Shown here: piece by piece, positions 29,504-39,435 of the stretch | How the letters are laid out: every line of letters begins with the position of its first letter | Position numbering within the stretch: position 1 is the stretch's first letter | Source of the DNA: a virus | DNA length: 64,000 nt | Reading direction: 5' to 3' (one strand) | Virus record (IMG/VR): IMGVR_UViG_3300009008_000009 | Coordinates: 63,742 to 127,741 of that record | The notes under the pieces: generated by a model | The model's database searches: none | The model's input: the letters and a program-made list of their open reading frames with translations, nothing else | Told to the model about the DNA's origin: nothing | Program-made: the position numbers and the translations under genes

Positions 29504-31038
29504 GTTACCGTACCAATTCGAATGGTCTCAGAGTTCTTCGGTTGGAAACTCGAAGTTATCTCTGTTGAGTCAATTTCCAGAGTCCACGTGTCCATCCGGT
29601 CGACCCCGGCGACCTCAAGAGCAATGAGCAGAGTGTCGGTCCGATCCAGTCGCTCACCAAGTTTATGGTCATCGTACTTTCGACCCACTGATGTCTTTCC
29701 ACCGGAGAGCATCTTCGTTATATCAGACTCAATCACGGTCTGAACCGCTGCCTTGGTATACTCAGAGAACACCGCAACGTCCCCGGTGATGTTCAAGTAC
29801 AGAACATCGGCCTTTCTGATGTTGACATCGGCGGTGAGCAACTCATAGTCGGGTGAGTCCATTGTATTCTGCAGCGAAAGAATCCGGGAGTCGAAGGTGT
29901 ACTCTACAATCAGATCTTCATCTTCAGTGGTTCCTACCTTCACCGTAACATCTACTGATGATCGAGACTCAGTCGAACCAGAAACGGAAGAGGTAGAATC
30001 TAAGTTCGCGGTGTACGACAGTACACCGATAGACGAGCCAGAAACCCCGTTCACACTGATTACAGGCTGTCTGGTCATGATGTAGTTGAACGGAGACCCG
30101 GTGGTGCCCGGATAGGGTCGAGCGCTTGACAAGGACGTCTGGAGGTTCGCGATGGCTTGCGCGTCCTTCATCTTCACCCGGTCAGTAACGGTTTCTGGCT
30201 GACTTGACACTGACACAAAGACATCAACAGGGGGTGGATCAGATCCCCGTGTGTTCAACACGTCTGTTTGCTTGGCAACGTATGCGTCCAGCACCCCCGG
30301 TTGTTTCATCAGGAAGCTGCGCAGGCCGGGCTTTGTGTCAAGTGACCATGCGGTCCACGCCAGCCGGGCGCGTGCGATAAGAGACTCGTCACTCTCTTCC
30401 GCCGTCCCATTTGAAATTGGGATAGGGTTAGAACATCCAACTGCCCCGACGATGTTATCTACAATGACAACAACCCGGTCGGTGGCCACGTTTCCAGAAG
30501 ACCCAGCAACTACGGCCTCGCACATGATCTCGTAGTAGTACAGCCCCCTTACTGAGTCAAACTGAGGGTTAGTCCCAATTACGTCAGAAAGCGTCGAGTA
30601 CACTATGGGGCTGGTGCCTCGGGTGGAAACACGAGTACCAGCGTCAATGTCCGTACCACCACTACTCGGGAAGTAAACACGAACAGGGCCACGCGACTGC
30701 GTTGCTGCGTTACGGGTGATGTCCCAGTTACCAACAAGGTCGTCCAGCAGGGACGAGATCAGATCTTCAACTTGCGCCACACTCGTGTACTGGAACAGAA
30801 CCCTGATCTTTTCCTTGTATGACTCGTCGCTCAGGATATTTTCAATACCGGTCAGCGACCGGGTCCGGTTTACAAAGTCGGCTAAGAGGAAAAGGTCCGC
30901 CCCGATCACACTCGCCGGGAATAGAGACAGATCATAAGTGACAGAGTGGTCCGCGAGGTTCAGATTCGAATTCAGATCTTGAACACTGGACCGGAGGTCA
31001 CTTAGAATTGTGTCTCTGTCTTTTACTGGAATGGACAT
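29494..31038 (-). CDS. Baseplate J-like protein
   Basis: ITRNAAT, CEAVVAGSSGNV, NGTAEESDESLIAR, PGVLDA. Confidence 0.9.
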   Translation of the reverse strand: MSIPVKDRDTILSDLRSSVQDLNSNLNLADHSVTYDLSLFPASVIGADLFLLADFVNRTRSLTGIENILSDESYKEKIRVLFQYTSVAQVEDLISSLLDDLVGNWDITRNAATQSRGPVRVYFPSSGGTDIDAGTRVSTRGTSPIVYSTLSDVIGTNPQFDSVRGLYYYEIMCEAVVAGSSGNVATDRVVVIVDNIVGAVGCSNPIPISNGTAEESDESLIARARLAWTAWSLDTKPGLRSFLMKQPGVLDAYVAKQTDVLNTRGSDPPPVDVFVSVSSQPETVTDRVKMKDAQAIANLQTSLSSARPYPGTTGSPFNYIMTRQPVISVNGVSGSSIGVLSYTANLDSTSSVSGSTESRSSVDVTVKVGTTEDEDLIVEYTFDSRILSLQNTMDSPDYELLTADVNIRKADVLYLNITGDVAVFSEYTKAAVQTVIESDITKMLSGGKTSVGRKYDDHKLGERLDRTDTLLIALEVAGVDRMDTWTLEIDSTEITSSFQPKNSETIRIGTVTWL

Positions 31039-31040
31039 CT

Positions 31041-31499
31041 CTACCTCACATTCTTCAGCGCGGCTACCGACTGTGTTACCTCAGAGTTCTGGGTTACAAA
31101 CCCCAGTTCAACTGAAGTTCTGGTCTGGCTGACACGACGTACATGCGCAATATGTAAATCGGTGATAACCCGTGATCCCTTAAAGATCTTCGGGAAGTTT
31201 CGGTGCTGGGCGGCGTGAATCTGCACCAGTCTCCGAATCGACTGCATCACCGTGTACGGAATCATGGATCGAACAACCGCAGTACTCTTACTCCCTACAA
31301 TTCGACGTATGAGAGTTCCATAACCATCAGACGTACGAGACGCAAACATTGCCTTGAGCACGTCCTGCTCAGCGGCTTCATTCTCTGAGATGGTGACCGG
31401 GTCTCCCCCGGGATTAAGCTCCAGCGTCATCGCCCCATTTGTAAATGGGTCTCCGCTGACCTCGCGGGGGACCAGCTTTGGATCAATCATCTGTGCCAT
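31041..31499 (-). CDS. Baseplate wedge gp25/GPW-like protein
   Basis: QDVLKAM...YGT.I...VG pattern; upstream of baseplate J. Confidence 0.65.
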   Translation of the reverse strand: MAQMIDPKLVPREVSGDPFTNGAMTLELNPGGDPVTISENEAAEQDVLKAMFASRTSDGYGTLIRRIVGSKSTAVVRSMIPYTVMQSIRRLVQIHAAQHRNFPKIFKGSRVITDLHIAHVRRVSQTRTSVELGFVTQNSEVTQSVAALKNVR

Positions 31500-31819
31500 T
31501 AAAGTACCTCACCTGTAACAACGACGGGGTTTGGTGGCCCCAACTGTGAGATCTGCCCCGGCACAATCGTTACCTGTACAAGTCCAGACTTGATGTATGT
31601 TTCAGTTACCGCAGCAATTGCCTGAGCTATACCAAGTGTAAACTGGTCTGCGCGTGCGTTAGCTGCGTCAATTGCGTCTTGGTGTGCCCCGGGGTTGGGA
31701 TCTCCCTCAGCACTTCCTACAAATGACTGTGCGTTAATCCCTTCGCCGCTGTAGGTACGAACTGGCTGGCGCAGAGCCTCAACAAGTGCGTCTTGATAAG
31801 CAGTAGTTTCTAATGGCAT
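31499..31819 (-). CDS. Small baseplate-associated protein
   Basis: 106 aa between the spike and gp25-like genes. Confidence 0.55.
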   Translation of the reverse strand: MPLETTAYQDALVEALRQPVRTYSGEGINAQSFVGSAEGDPNPGAHQDAIDAANARADQFTLGIAQAIAAVTETYIKSGLVQVTIVPGQISQLGPPNPVVVTGEVL

Positions 31820-31822
31820 AAC

Positions 31823-32902
31823 TCACTCCACCTTCGATGTTCCGGACAACACTTCATCCAAACTACGCTGCAGCTGGCGAAGGCTGGCTGTGTTCATTGG
31901 TGGTCCACTCGTCGGCCCGGCACCTGCAACCGGCTGTCGCATTCCAATGATCAGATCAATGAGACTCTCCAGCTTAGCGACCAGCGTATCGCCCATAACC
32001 GCCCACTCTTCTGCGGCCCGACCAAGGTATATCTCCGCCGCGTCGATGATGATCTTACCAGCTTCAACATCGACTTCCACCGTCGTTACAGGCTCAGCCC
32101 CTTCCCCGGGAGCTCTACCGAACCACCCCTTCTTAAACTGTAGGGCTATCTTTCCCGACTGTGTGATGTTGATCAGGGTAACTGGGTCCGATTCCTCGTC
32201 TGGGGCCACGTGAACCTGAACAACTACGTAGTCACCCGCACCGGCCCCTGCGTCAATATCGTTGAAGTCATTAACAGCATCATCTTCGTCGTTCGCCGGG
32301 TTTCCAAAGGTCATCCGAGTGAAGGCACCGTTACCATCACGATAGTGCCTCGACTCAATGATCAGTCGTCCCTTATAATCATAGTAGACACGGGCACCCT
32401 TTCCGGACTCCTTGTTCCACTCTCCAACACCATGCCACGTCATCGGGTCAGATCGAATTGACGACTGGTTCAGAACCTCCCCGGGTCGAAGCTCAGGTAA
32501 AATCCCAGCCTCAATCAGCCGTCGAATACTCCGCCATCGTGTAAATCCACCAACCACGAGTGGGGCAAGGTCCACTCCGACGTAAACAACCAGCGCCATC
32601 TGATTAACCATTGGAATCGATCCTGAGAACCCGAAATGGTTAATCGCCGAGAACAGGTATGGAACGTTTCTCAGTGTCCCTTCCCGGGTCATCAAAAGTA
32701 CTTCTACAGTAAACGATGTCCCTGACGCCACAGCGTCGAACTCCGTCGACTCTTCGCCCTTCTCGTCGATACCGGGATCAACATCGACCACGCGCTCGAC
32801 CTTGGTAATAACACCCCAGTCGAACGTCGACTTGCCCGGCATCAGCCCGGCATTCCGCTTAGTAAGCGGGAGTTTAAGTGGTGATCCGGAAGGAATAGTC
32901 AT
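31823..32902 (-). CDS. Baseplate central spike (gpV/gp5-like)
   Basis: OB-fold N-domain (IPMVNQMALV), LRPGEV, beta-strand repeats, C-terminal AVMGDTL...GPTSGPP; ATG 32902. Confidence 0.7.
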   Translation of the reverse strand: MTIPSGSPLKLPLTKRNAGLMPGKSTFDWGVITKVERVVDVDPGIDEKGEESTEFDAVASGTSFTVEVLLMTREGTLRNVPYLFSAINHFGFSGSIPMVNQMALVVYVGVDLAPLVVGGFTRWRSIRRLIEAGILPELRPGEVLNQSSIRSDPMTWHGVGEWNKESGKGARVYYDYKGRLIIESRHYRDGNGAFTRMTFGNPANDEDDAVNDFNDIDAGAGAGDYVVVQVHVAPDEESDPVTLINITQSGKIALQFKKGWFGRAPGEGAEPVTTVEVDVEAGKIIIDAAEIYLGRAAEEWAVMGDTLVAKLESLIDLIIGMRQPVAGAGPTSGPPMNTASLRQLQRSLDEVLSGTSKVE

Positions 32903-34497
32903 GCAGCCAGAATCTCCTCCCATGGATAAACCAACTCTTCACCAACACTATGTGCATAACGGCACGTAATAGTTGTTGATGTTCCATTTGATGGTGTTGT
33001 GGTCTGTCCGATATCAGTAATCAACCCCACCTGCGCTCGTGGAATATATACGAAGTTCCGATTGAGCCGCAGGTCCGGTCTATTCTCCAGTGACACTGAA
33101 AACGCGTGGGCCTGCGCGTTCATTTGAGTCCGTGCGGCCTTGGCAAACGCGTCGAGAACAGTCAGATCTGATGAGAGATCGTACTCCATTAGAAGGTTAG
33201 GAAGATTGACTTCTCGCAGCCCCAAGTGCAGCAACTCCCGTTCGTCGGCGACGTCGATCCCAGTCCGATTCAATAGGGTGAGATCGTTATTCAGATCTAG
33301 CGCTGGGTTATGCATTGACTGCTGCACAGTCAGTCGAGTCGAAGCGATCTGGGACTCATCAAACGTGTACTTGAACTCTTTATATGACGCATCCCTGTTA
33401 CTGAGATAGTAGTTCAAGCCGTGGTCCCATGTACCATCCAACCCCTGCACCAGACCATCTTTATCAGCTGATGGGAACCCGCCGTACCGTGGATACTCAT
33501 GGCGAAGGGTACCTACCTGATCCACATAGATAAGTGACATCGTTGTTTGTGCGATTCGATTCAAGATGGACAGGGCGGGCTCTGAGTCGACCTTATACAG
33601 TTCGAATCTGCTCCTGAGGATGAGCTGGTAAACCCGCCCCGTATCCGTGAAGATGTCGTCGTAGTAGGCCCGGAACAGGGGATTGTTGTAGAACGCACTC
33701 CATGGTGGGCTGTCCTGCGAACGATTCTCTTGCCATCCTTCTAAAATATGCCTGTCGTCGTTACGGGAGTCGTACATCTTGAACAAGTCAAGCTCCACCG
33801 CAACGTTATGATTACCGTCTGGATTTACGTAAGACCAGAATGGACTAGTACTTTCACCGCCAATGTTCAAGACGGTATTCATCTTCTCTACGATAGCCTT
33901 GTACAGGTTCGCGGGGTTGGACGTTGCGAAGATGTTATCGTAGGCAAGCGACTGATCCTGAGTTCTTGTGAGCAGGGTGTCATAGCGGTCGCGCTCGGAC
34001 AGGTTGCGAAGGCCAATAACAATCGGAGCAAACTGCATCACCCGCCTGAAGTCCTTTGCAGAAATCACAAGGGCTGGGTCCATGCCCGGTCGGTCAGTGT
34101 CAGTGTATCCTGTAACAATACCTGAGAACCCGGGGTACCAAACTCCGTCCCTCCCCTTGTAATCCACCCAAATGAAGTCCATCGCATAGGTGAATGGAAA
34201 CAGGATACTGTCAGACAGATCGTCGTAGCTATCGGGGGTCTTCATTAACGCAATAGCACGCTTCAACTCAGCGATCTGGTCTGACTCAACTGACTCAGAC
34301 GCAGCCCGTTGTATTCCCTTGAAATAAATGAAGTTCTTGTTCTTGAGAATCACAGTGGCGCTGCCCGTCCCAGATACAGATACACTTGACGTGACGCTTT
34401 CGTAAGCGCCAACGTGGATGATCTCCTTCCGGGTAAAGTCCGACCGGTCGGTTACAACCAGTGTGATCCGGGCCTCAGCGCGAGAGTCAAGCACCAT
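32899..34497 (-). CDS. Baseplate hub protein
   Basis: GSATVILKN, FSGIV, IYVDQVG, RPDLRLN; sits between the tube-initiator and spike genes; ATG 34497 with GAGGAGG RBS. Confidence 0.72.
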   Translation of the reverse strand: MVLDSRAEARITLVVTDRSDFTRKEIIHVGAYESVTSSVSVSGTGSATVILKNKNFIYFKGIQRAASESVESDQIAELKRAIALMKTPDSYDDLSDSILFPFTYAMDFIWVDYKGRDGVWYPGFSGIVTGYTDTDRPGMDPALVISAKDFRRVMQFAPIVIGLRNLSERDRYDTLLTRTQDQSLAYDNIFATSNPANLYKAIVEKMNTVLNIGGESTSPFWSYVNPDGNHNVAVELDLFKMYDSRNDDRHILEGWQENRSQDSPPWSAFYNNPLFRAYYDDIFTDTGRVYQLILRSRFELYKVDSEPALSILNRIAQTTMSLIYVDQVGTLRHEYPRYGGFPSADKDGLVQGLDGTWDHGLNYYLSNRDASYKEFKYTFDESQIASTRLTVQQSMHNPALDLNNDLTLLNRTGIDVADERELLHLGLREVNLPNLLMEYDLSSDLTVLDAFAKAARTQMNAQAHAFSVSLENRPDLRLNRNFVYIPRAQVGLITDIGQTTTPSNGTSTTITCRYAHSVGEELVYPWEEILAA

Positions 34498-35302
34498 GCA
34501 CCTCCTCAAAAACATCGATGCTTGTCAGCTGCGGAAGAGTTGGTACGTTCAACACAATATCGGTTACTGGTCGGATTTCCTCAAATGCCTTTACTACCCA
34601 CCCGTCCATAATAGACCATTTCATATTCGGGTACATTGAGGTCTGGAACTGGTAGTTGATCAGCCATGGGTTGTTGGCGTCCATGCTGTAGGAAAAGCTA
34701 TCCAGCCTCCCAACAAACGTGTCGTACTCGAACACGAAAAGTAGATCTCCGTCCTGCTCAAGAAAGAATCTCTCGAACATTGCAAGGGCGTGCCACGCCA
34801 CGGAAAGCTGCGGTGCTCGAATAAGATCAATTCCCGGGGTAGAGAACGGTGGATACATGTTACCCATCGTACCGGAATACGAGAACGTGGTGAGCTGGTT
34901 TCCATGGGTCTGCTGGACGTTTCCCCTACCAGTCAGCTTATTATCACGGATCTTCCCGAACTTCTTATCCAGTTTCGACGGGTTAATTCTGAAGGTATAG
35001 TACTTGTCTATGTCATTTGCAATCTGCTGCTGAACAAGAAGCTGTGCAGCCTGAAAGAGCGTAGCTTCAATTTCGGCAGCGGCGTTTGTATTAGCAGATC
35101 CGATAACGCCGTGCTGCTGTAGTATATTTTTAAACTCCTCTGCGAACAGCACCCCCGCACGAGCGAGAGTCGACTTGACAATCGCATACACTATCTCTGA
35201 CGCCAACTCGAACGCCCGTGGGTTGATTACGGTCATTGTTGTAGCAGTACCAAGGCTACTGGCAGCCTGCCCAAGTACACCACCTAGTGAAAGGTTAGGC
35301 AT
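34487..35302 (-). CDS. Tail tube initiator-like protein
   Basis: FRINPS, FSYSGT, FVGRLDSFSYS...YQFQ tube-fold pattern; directly after the tape measure gene. Confidence 0.6.
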   Translation of the reverse strand: MPNLSLGGVLGQAASSLGTATTMTVINPRAFELASEIVYAIVKSTLARAGVLFAEEFKNILQQHGVIGSANTNAAAEIEATLFQAAQLLVQQQIANDIDKYYTFRINPSKLDKKFGKIRDNKLTGRGNVQQTHGNQLTTFSYSGTMGNMYPPFSTPGIDLIRAPQLSVAWHALAMFERFFLEQDGDLLFVFEYDTFVGRLDSFSYSMDANNPWLINYQFQTSMYPNMKWSIMDGWVVKAFEEIRPVTDIVLNVPTLPQLTSIDVFEEVHGA

Positions 35303-37929
35303 TATCGACTCCCGTTATCAAAGTACCCGGTCTCATGCAACTGATTAATAACGTCAGCAACGACGCCTTGAAAGTGTGCCCCGAGCTCTTCCTCTATCCT
35401 ATCCCGAGTAAGTAATGGTGTACCTTGCTCATTTCTAATGCTCACACTGGTATCGCCAACTTGAATCTGAACCCCGGGTCGACTGGGATCTACGTCTAGA
35501 ATGGGTTGGTTCATCAGTGAGTCTAAGATACTGGTAATCACCTCTGGCCCAGCAAGGTTATACGATTCAGATAGAGCACGTTGTCGATTTAACATGGCTA
35601 CGTACTGCGGCCCGGTTGTAAAAGCACCCGTCCCCTCTTCCCACACTGTGTCAGGCCGGTGACGGATCTGCGCAAGATCTATGAATCTTCCGATCTCATC
35701 AGACGAAAGTTCTGTACGACCTTCTTCAATTAGATAGTCACCGTAGATTTGTATCAACTGTCGAATTCGGTCGGGTCGGATTGTTTCATTCTGCATAGCC
35801 TCTGCAATACCGGCAAATAGACTAGATGTGGGAACCATCGTCGGATCAGCACCGGGAGCCCTGTTCTCTACAAGTGGAATAGTGCTGCCAAGCCCGTATT
35901 GCAGTGAACCAAATACCTGACTACCAGCCATTGTCCGACCGAGACTCGCTATTTCACTTTCACCCTCATTAAATGCTCGAGCAAAGCTGACCGCAACTTG
36001 ATCAACACTATCCCGCCAAAAGGCACTTATACCATCTTTAACTCTGGACGCCATAGACTGATTCATTTCCAACATGGCTTCTGCTGTTTTCTTTACCTCT
36101 TCGTACGTTGACGTCGGCTGCGCAGCTTCAGCTGCCTTGTCCGCTGATATTCCGTCGCGAGCTTCTTCAAACCGACCCTGCTCAATGGCACGAATCATCT
36201 CGTTCTGGGTCGCCAAGGTTCGACCAAGGTCGATGCCAAACATACTCTGCATCACCTCGACCACCATCTGCCCACCAGCTGCGCCAAGTCCCATCTCACC
36301 AAGAATCTCACGCGAGATGGCAAGTGCGCCCTGCATAAGCTGGCTGTTCAGACCTTCGAATTGCTCACGGAGCGCACCAGAAGATAGGTCGAAGTAACGT
36401 CCAAGAATCTGACGCTGTTGCCCCGTTGCCCCACGAATGGACTCAGTCGATATTTCCCCTGACTGAATACCGCGCAGCAACGTTTCCTGTTGAAGTGGGT
36501 CACCAAACGAAGCCACGTCCTGACGGAACCCAGCATCCACCCCACCCATCTGTGGTAGATATGTTGACAGAGCCAGTCGCTGAGACTGGTTGGCCTCCGC
36601 CAGTGAGGTCTGAAGCCTGACCAAGTCCCCGATGGCAAGCACACCACTCTGCAGCTCCCGCGCAAACTCAGTGACGAGTCGACGGGAGTCTTCCAGTTCA
36701 TAACCGTAGATACGTGTCTGTTCCTGAAGCTGAAACGTCCACTTGGTGAGATCTTGGAATGAAACTCGGACTTCATGGGCGGCGTCAACAAGGTCAAGAA
36801 CTGCGTCGTTGAGAAGCTCCTGACGGACTTCGAAGTCACGGAACAGCTTAACGTACACCTGTGCTATTTCTGCCGGGCTTACACCTGTGCCCACGCCGGT
36901 GAATATAGCTTCTTCTGTTATTCCTGCGATGTCACGCTGTGAAAAGCCACCGGGGGCAAGTGCCCGGGCAACGGTGGGTACAATCCGCTGGTCGAGCGCA
37001 TCGCCGAAGTTGCGAAGCATCTCGTTATGCAGCTGAACAAGCTGTCCAGTCCCCTGACCTACAATAACACCCGGGGCAAGATCGCCCATACTGGCAGCGA
37101 TATCGAGGAAGTTAGCCCGAATGGCCCGGAGTTCTTCATTAGCCTGAACGAGCCTTTCGACTACATGCCCAAGTGAAAAGGCAATACCACCCACACCTAA
37201 AATACGAAGAAGAGACTTCGATGCTCCTTTAAATTGAGAACCGGCCATCACCCACAGTTGTGCAACCTCCGCACCACCACCAGCTGCCTGTGCGGCCACG
37301 CCAGTTCCTTCAGCAGTAGATTTACCAGCCTGCGCTAAGTTACGAAGAGTCTCAAGTCTGTCCTTGTTTGAGTCAGATTCCTCGTTCCACGCCTCCCGTT
37401 GAATTTCAATCAAGCGTTGCCGCCCTTCTTGAATCCGAGATTCTGCTACCTCACGTGCTTGACTAATTTCCTGCTCACGAGCGGCAATCTTGTCGATGTC
37501 ACCTTCTCGACTTCCTCCGTCAGCAGCCGCACGGGCCTGCGCAACTTCATCTTCCTGTCGCTTGAGTTCTTCGAGTTCCTGAAGGTTCTGGCTATGCTTA
37601 GCTGTGACTTCCTTGGCCTCTTCCTTGAGCATTTGGATCTTACGCTCGTGGACGGCCTGACGCTCAGCAAACTCCATCGCAATGCGCTCACGCTCTTCCC
37701 GACCAACGTCCTCCTGCTTTATACGAAGAGAGTCCAGTAACCGCTCCTGCGCCTCGATCTGCTTTTGATACTCGTCAACAGACATATGAGCAAGGTCGCG
37801 AGCCATGGTCATGGACTTCTGCATTTCCTTGGCACGGAGCTCGTCCATCGGACGGATAAGCTGCTCTTCTACAGACTGAGCAGCACCGTCAGCATCAATG
37901 GATATTCGTGTCCGCAGCTCGCTGGGCAT
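35302..37929 (-). CDS. Tail tape measure protein
   Basis: 875-aa helical A/G/Q/E-rich ORF after the tube and chaperone genes. Confidence 0.8.
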   Translation of the reverse strand: MPSELRTRISIDADGAAQSVEEQLIRPMDELRAKEMQKSMTMARDLAHMSVDEYQKQIEAQERLLDSLRIKQEDVGREERERIAMEFAERQAVHERKIQMLKEEAKEVTAKHSQNLQELEELKRQEDEVAQARAAADGGSREGDIDKIAAREQEISQAREVAESRIQEGRQRLIEIQREAWNEESDSNKDRLETLRNLAQAGKSTAEGTGVAAQAAGGGAEVAQLWVMAGSQFKGASKSLLRILGVGGIAFSLGHVVERLVQANEELRAIRANFLDIAASMGDLAPGVIVGQGTGQLVQLHNEMLRNFGDALDQRIVPTVARALAPGGFSQRDIAGITEEAIFTGVGTGVSPAEIAQVYVKLFRDFEVRQELLNDAVLDLVDAAHEVRVSFQDLTKWTFQLQEQTRIYGYELEDSRRLVTEFARELQSGVLAIGDLVRLQTSLAEANQSQRLALSTYLPQMGGVDAGFRQDVASFGDPLQQETLLRGIQSGEISTESIRGATGQQRQILGRYFDLSSGALREQFEGLNSQLMQGALAISREILGEMGLGAAGGQMVVEVMQSMFGIDLGRTLATQNEMIRAIEQGRFEEARDGISADKAAEAAQPTSTYEEVKKTAEAMLEMNQSMASRVKDGISAFWRDSVDQVAVSFARAFNEGESEIASLGRTMAGSQVFGSLQYGLGSTIPLVENRAPGADPTMVPTSSLFAGIAEAMQNETIRPDRIRQLIQIYGDYLIEEGRTELSSDEIGRFIDLAQIRHRPDTVWEEGTGAFTTGPQYVAMLNRQRALSESYNLAGPEVITSILDSLMNQPILDVDPSRPGVQIQVGDTSVSIRNEQGTPLLTRDRIEEELGAHFQGVVADVINQLHETGYFDNGSR

Positions 37930-38377
37930 CGCTTTCCTCTAACCCACCGGGAATAACATCGTCAAACCCGGTATTTGGCTTATTTTCCTTGAGCTTTGCT
38001 AGAATCTCAGGGCCGTAGTCCTCTGGTTTCTTTGGAGTTTCGTTCTCACGGCCTGTGACCTGCTGCCTTGTTACACCCTCACCAAACCGCGCATCTTGCA
38101 TCTTCTTCCACCCCTCTGGGTTGGTAAATGCACAAATGCGGTCAGTTGCGTTATCAATGAGATCATGCTTTTCAATGCGATCCCATGATGCATTGTTTGC
38201 AAACCACAATGACAGCACAGGATGGTCAAGTAGCCCAGACATACTCTGTTGATGCGAACGCCCGAACATGGTGGAGCCGGTCTGGATTAGCTCCCACCAT
38301 CCTCGCCAGACGTAGAACTTGAGGGGGTATGGATATCCTCCTCTGGAAGATCTGGCTCTTCCTGCGTCCGCGAAGAT
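37895..38377 (-). CDS. Tail assembly chaperone, -1 frameshift extension (gpT-like)
   Basis: The frame of ORF 37895..38269 is open without a stop back to the slippery A AAA AAA at 38383-38377. Confidence 0.75.
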   Translation of the reverse strand: MFADAGRARSSRGGYPYPLKFYVWRGWWELIQTGSTMFGRSHQQSMSGLLDHPVLSLWFANNASWDRIEKHDLIDNATDRICAFTNPEGWKKMQDARFGEGVTRQQVTGRENETPKKPEDYGPEILAKLKENKPNTGFDDVIPGGLEESDAQRAADTNIH

Positions 38378-38802
38378 TTTTTTATCTCATCGATCCTCGC
38401 ATCGTAGTCCCGGTCACGTTTGCTCTCAATCTTTAGATACTCATCGTACAGATAACTGACCAACCGAGGCTGCTTTGATAGAATCCGACGCAGATGAGCA
38501 CGTCGTGCCCGGTGCTCTGCCTCGTCGGACGAGACCATTGTCTTCCAGTCGTCAATACTAACAACAGCCCGGACAACCGTCTCAAATCTGGTCTCAAGCT
38601 CTCGGGCCACATAGTCGTTTGGGGAAATACGTCGTCCGATCTCAATCTGCATCAGACGAGTCTCATCCTCCCAAAGCAAGCCAAGGGTCACACGATGTGT
38701 GCGACCCTCATGACCCGGCACCTCGACCGTGGTTTCGTACTGAAAACCCCGGATCATATCTTCAATCTCCGGGGGTGGACTTACATGTTCCTGCTCATTC
38801 AT
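38287..38802 (-). CDS. Tail assembly chaperone (gpG-like)
   Basis: Between tube and tape measure; contains ATA AAA AAA slippery site near its 3' end. Confidence 0.8.
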   Translation of the reverse strand: MNEQEHVSPPPEIEDMIRGFQYETTVEVPGHEGRTHRVTLGLLWEDETRLMQIEIGRRISPNDYVARELETRFETVVRAVVSIDDWKTMVSSDEAEHRARRAHLRRILSKQPRLVSYLYDEYLKIESKRDRDYDARIDEIKKSSRTQEEPDLPEEDIHTPSSSTSGEDGGS

Positions 38803-38864
38803 TGGCGCACCTCGCGCACGTGTGAGTCTATGTTGCCGCCACCTTGGCGATTCTCAGTGTGGAA

Positions 38865-39371
38865 TTAGTCAACCCAGCCCGGTGTAATGTTACACGATTC
38901 AACGATGGTCGCCGTACCGATGTTAACCGGCTTCGACCGTGACGTCAGCCAGCACTCATGATAGACTGTTTGAGTTACTTCCTGCGTCGCTGGGTGGGTT
39001 TCCTTCACAATGAGACTGAACGGAATCTTCTGTTCCTCAAGCGTACGCATCTTCTTAGCAGTCGTTTCACCGCCGATACGCTGAACAACCGATCCATCGT
39101 TCTGTTTGTTGTAGATCGCAAACCCATTCACACTGAGTGTAAGGTTTCCGGGCTGCGGAGCCTGCTCAACAATTCGACCGGCGTCTTCAGAGTTCAAGTG
39201 GCGAACCGGCTGTGTTGGTCGATTCTCACTCTGGTTGATTGACTGGACGTAACCGATCTGGTTACCACTGTCATCAACAACATCAATCGACGTTGAGATT
39301 ACGGTCCGGTGGGCTTCTGGAAGCCCGACGCCCGCATCGGGGTTCTGTGCGTTTTCAACTAATCCGGCCAT
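38865..39371 (-). CDS. Tail tube protein
   Basis: 168 aa after the sheath; IGYVQSI, PGNLTLSV, YHECWL, IVESCNI. Confidence 0.85.
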   Translation of the reverse strand: MAGLVENAQNPDAGVGLPEAHRTVISTSIDVVDDSGNQIGYVQSINQSENRPTQPVRHLNSEDAGRIVEQAPQPGNLTLSVNGFAIYNKQNDGSVVQRIGGETTAKKMRTLEEQKIPFSLIVKETHPATQEVTQTVYHECWLTSRSKPVNIGTATIVESCNITPGWVD

Positions 39372-39395
39372 GTGACTAGCTCCTTATTCAGCATC

Positions 39396-39421
39396 CGGCT
39401 GGTCATTCAAGCGACCAGCCG
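39396..39421. other. Intergenic stem-loop between sheath and tube genes
   Basis: CGGCTGGTC (39396-39404) and GACCAGCCG (39413-39421) form a 9-bp stem with an 8-nt loop; no U-tract on the coding strand. Confidence 0.5.
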
Positions 39422-39435
39422 CTCACCATTGTTTC

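Noticed and set aside
39396-39421. Rho-independent terminator between sheath and tube
   Set aside because: The hairpin has no U-tract on the coding strand; more likely an mRNA stability or processing element.
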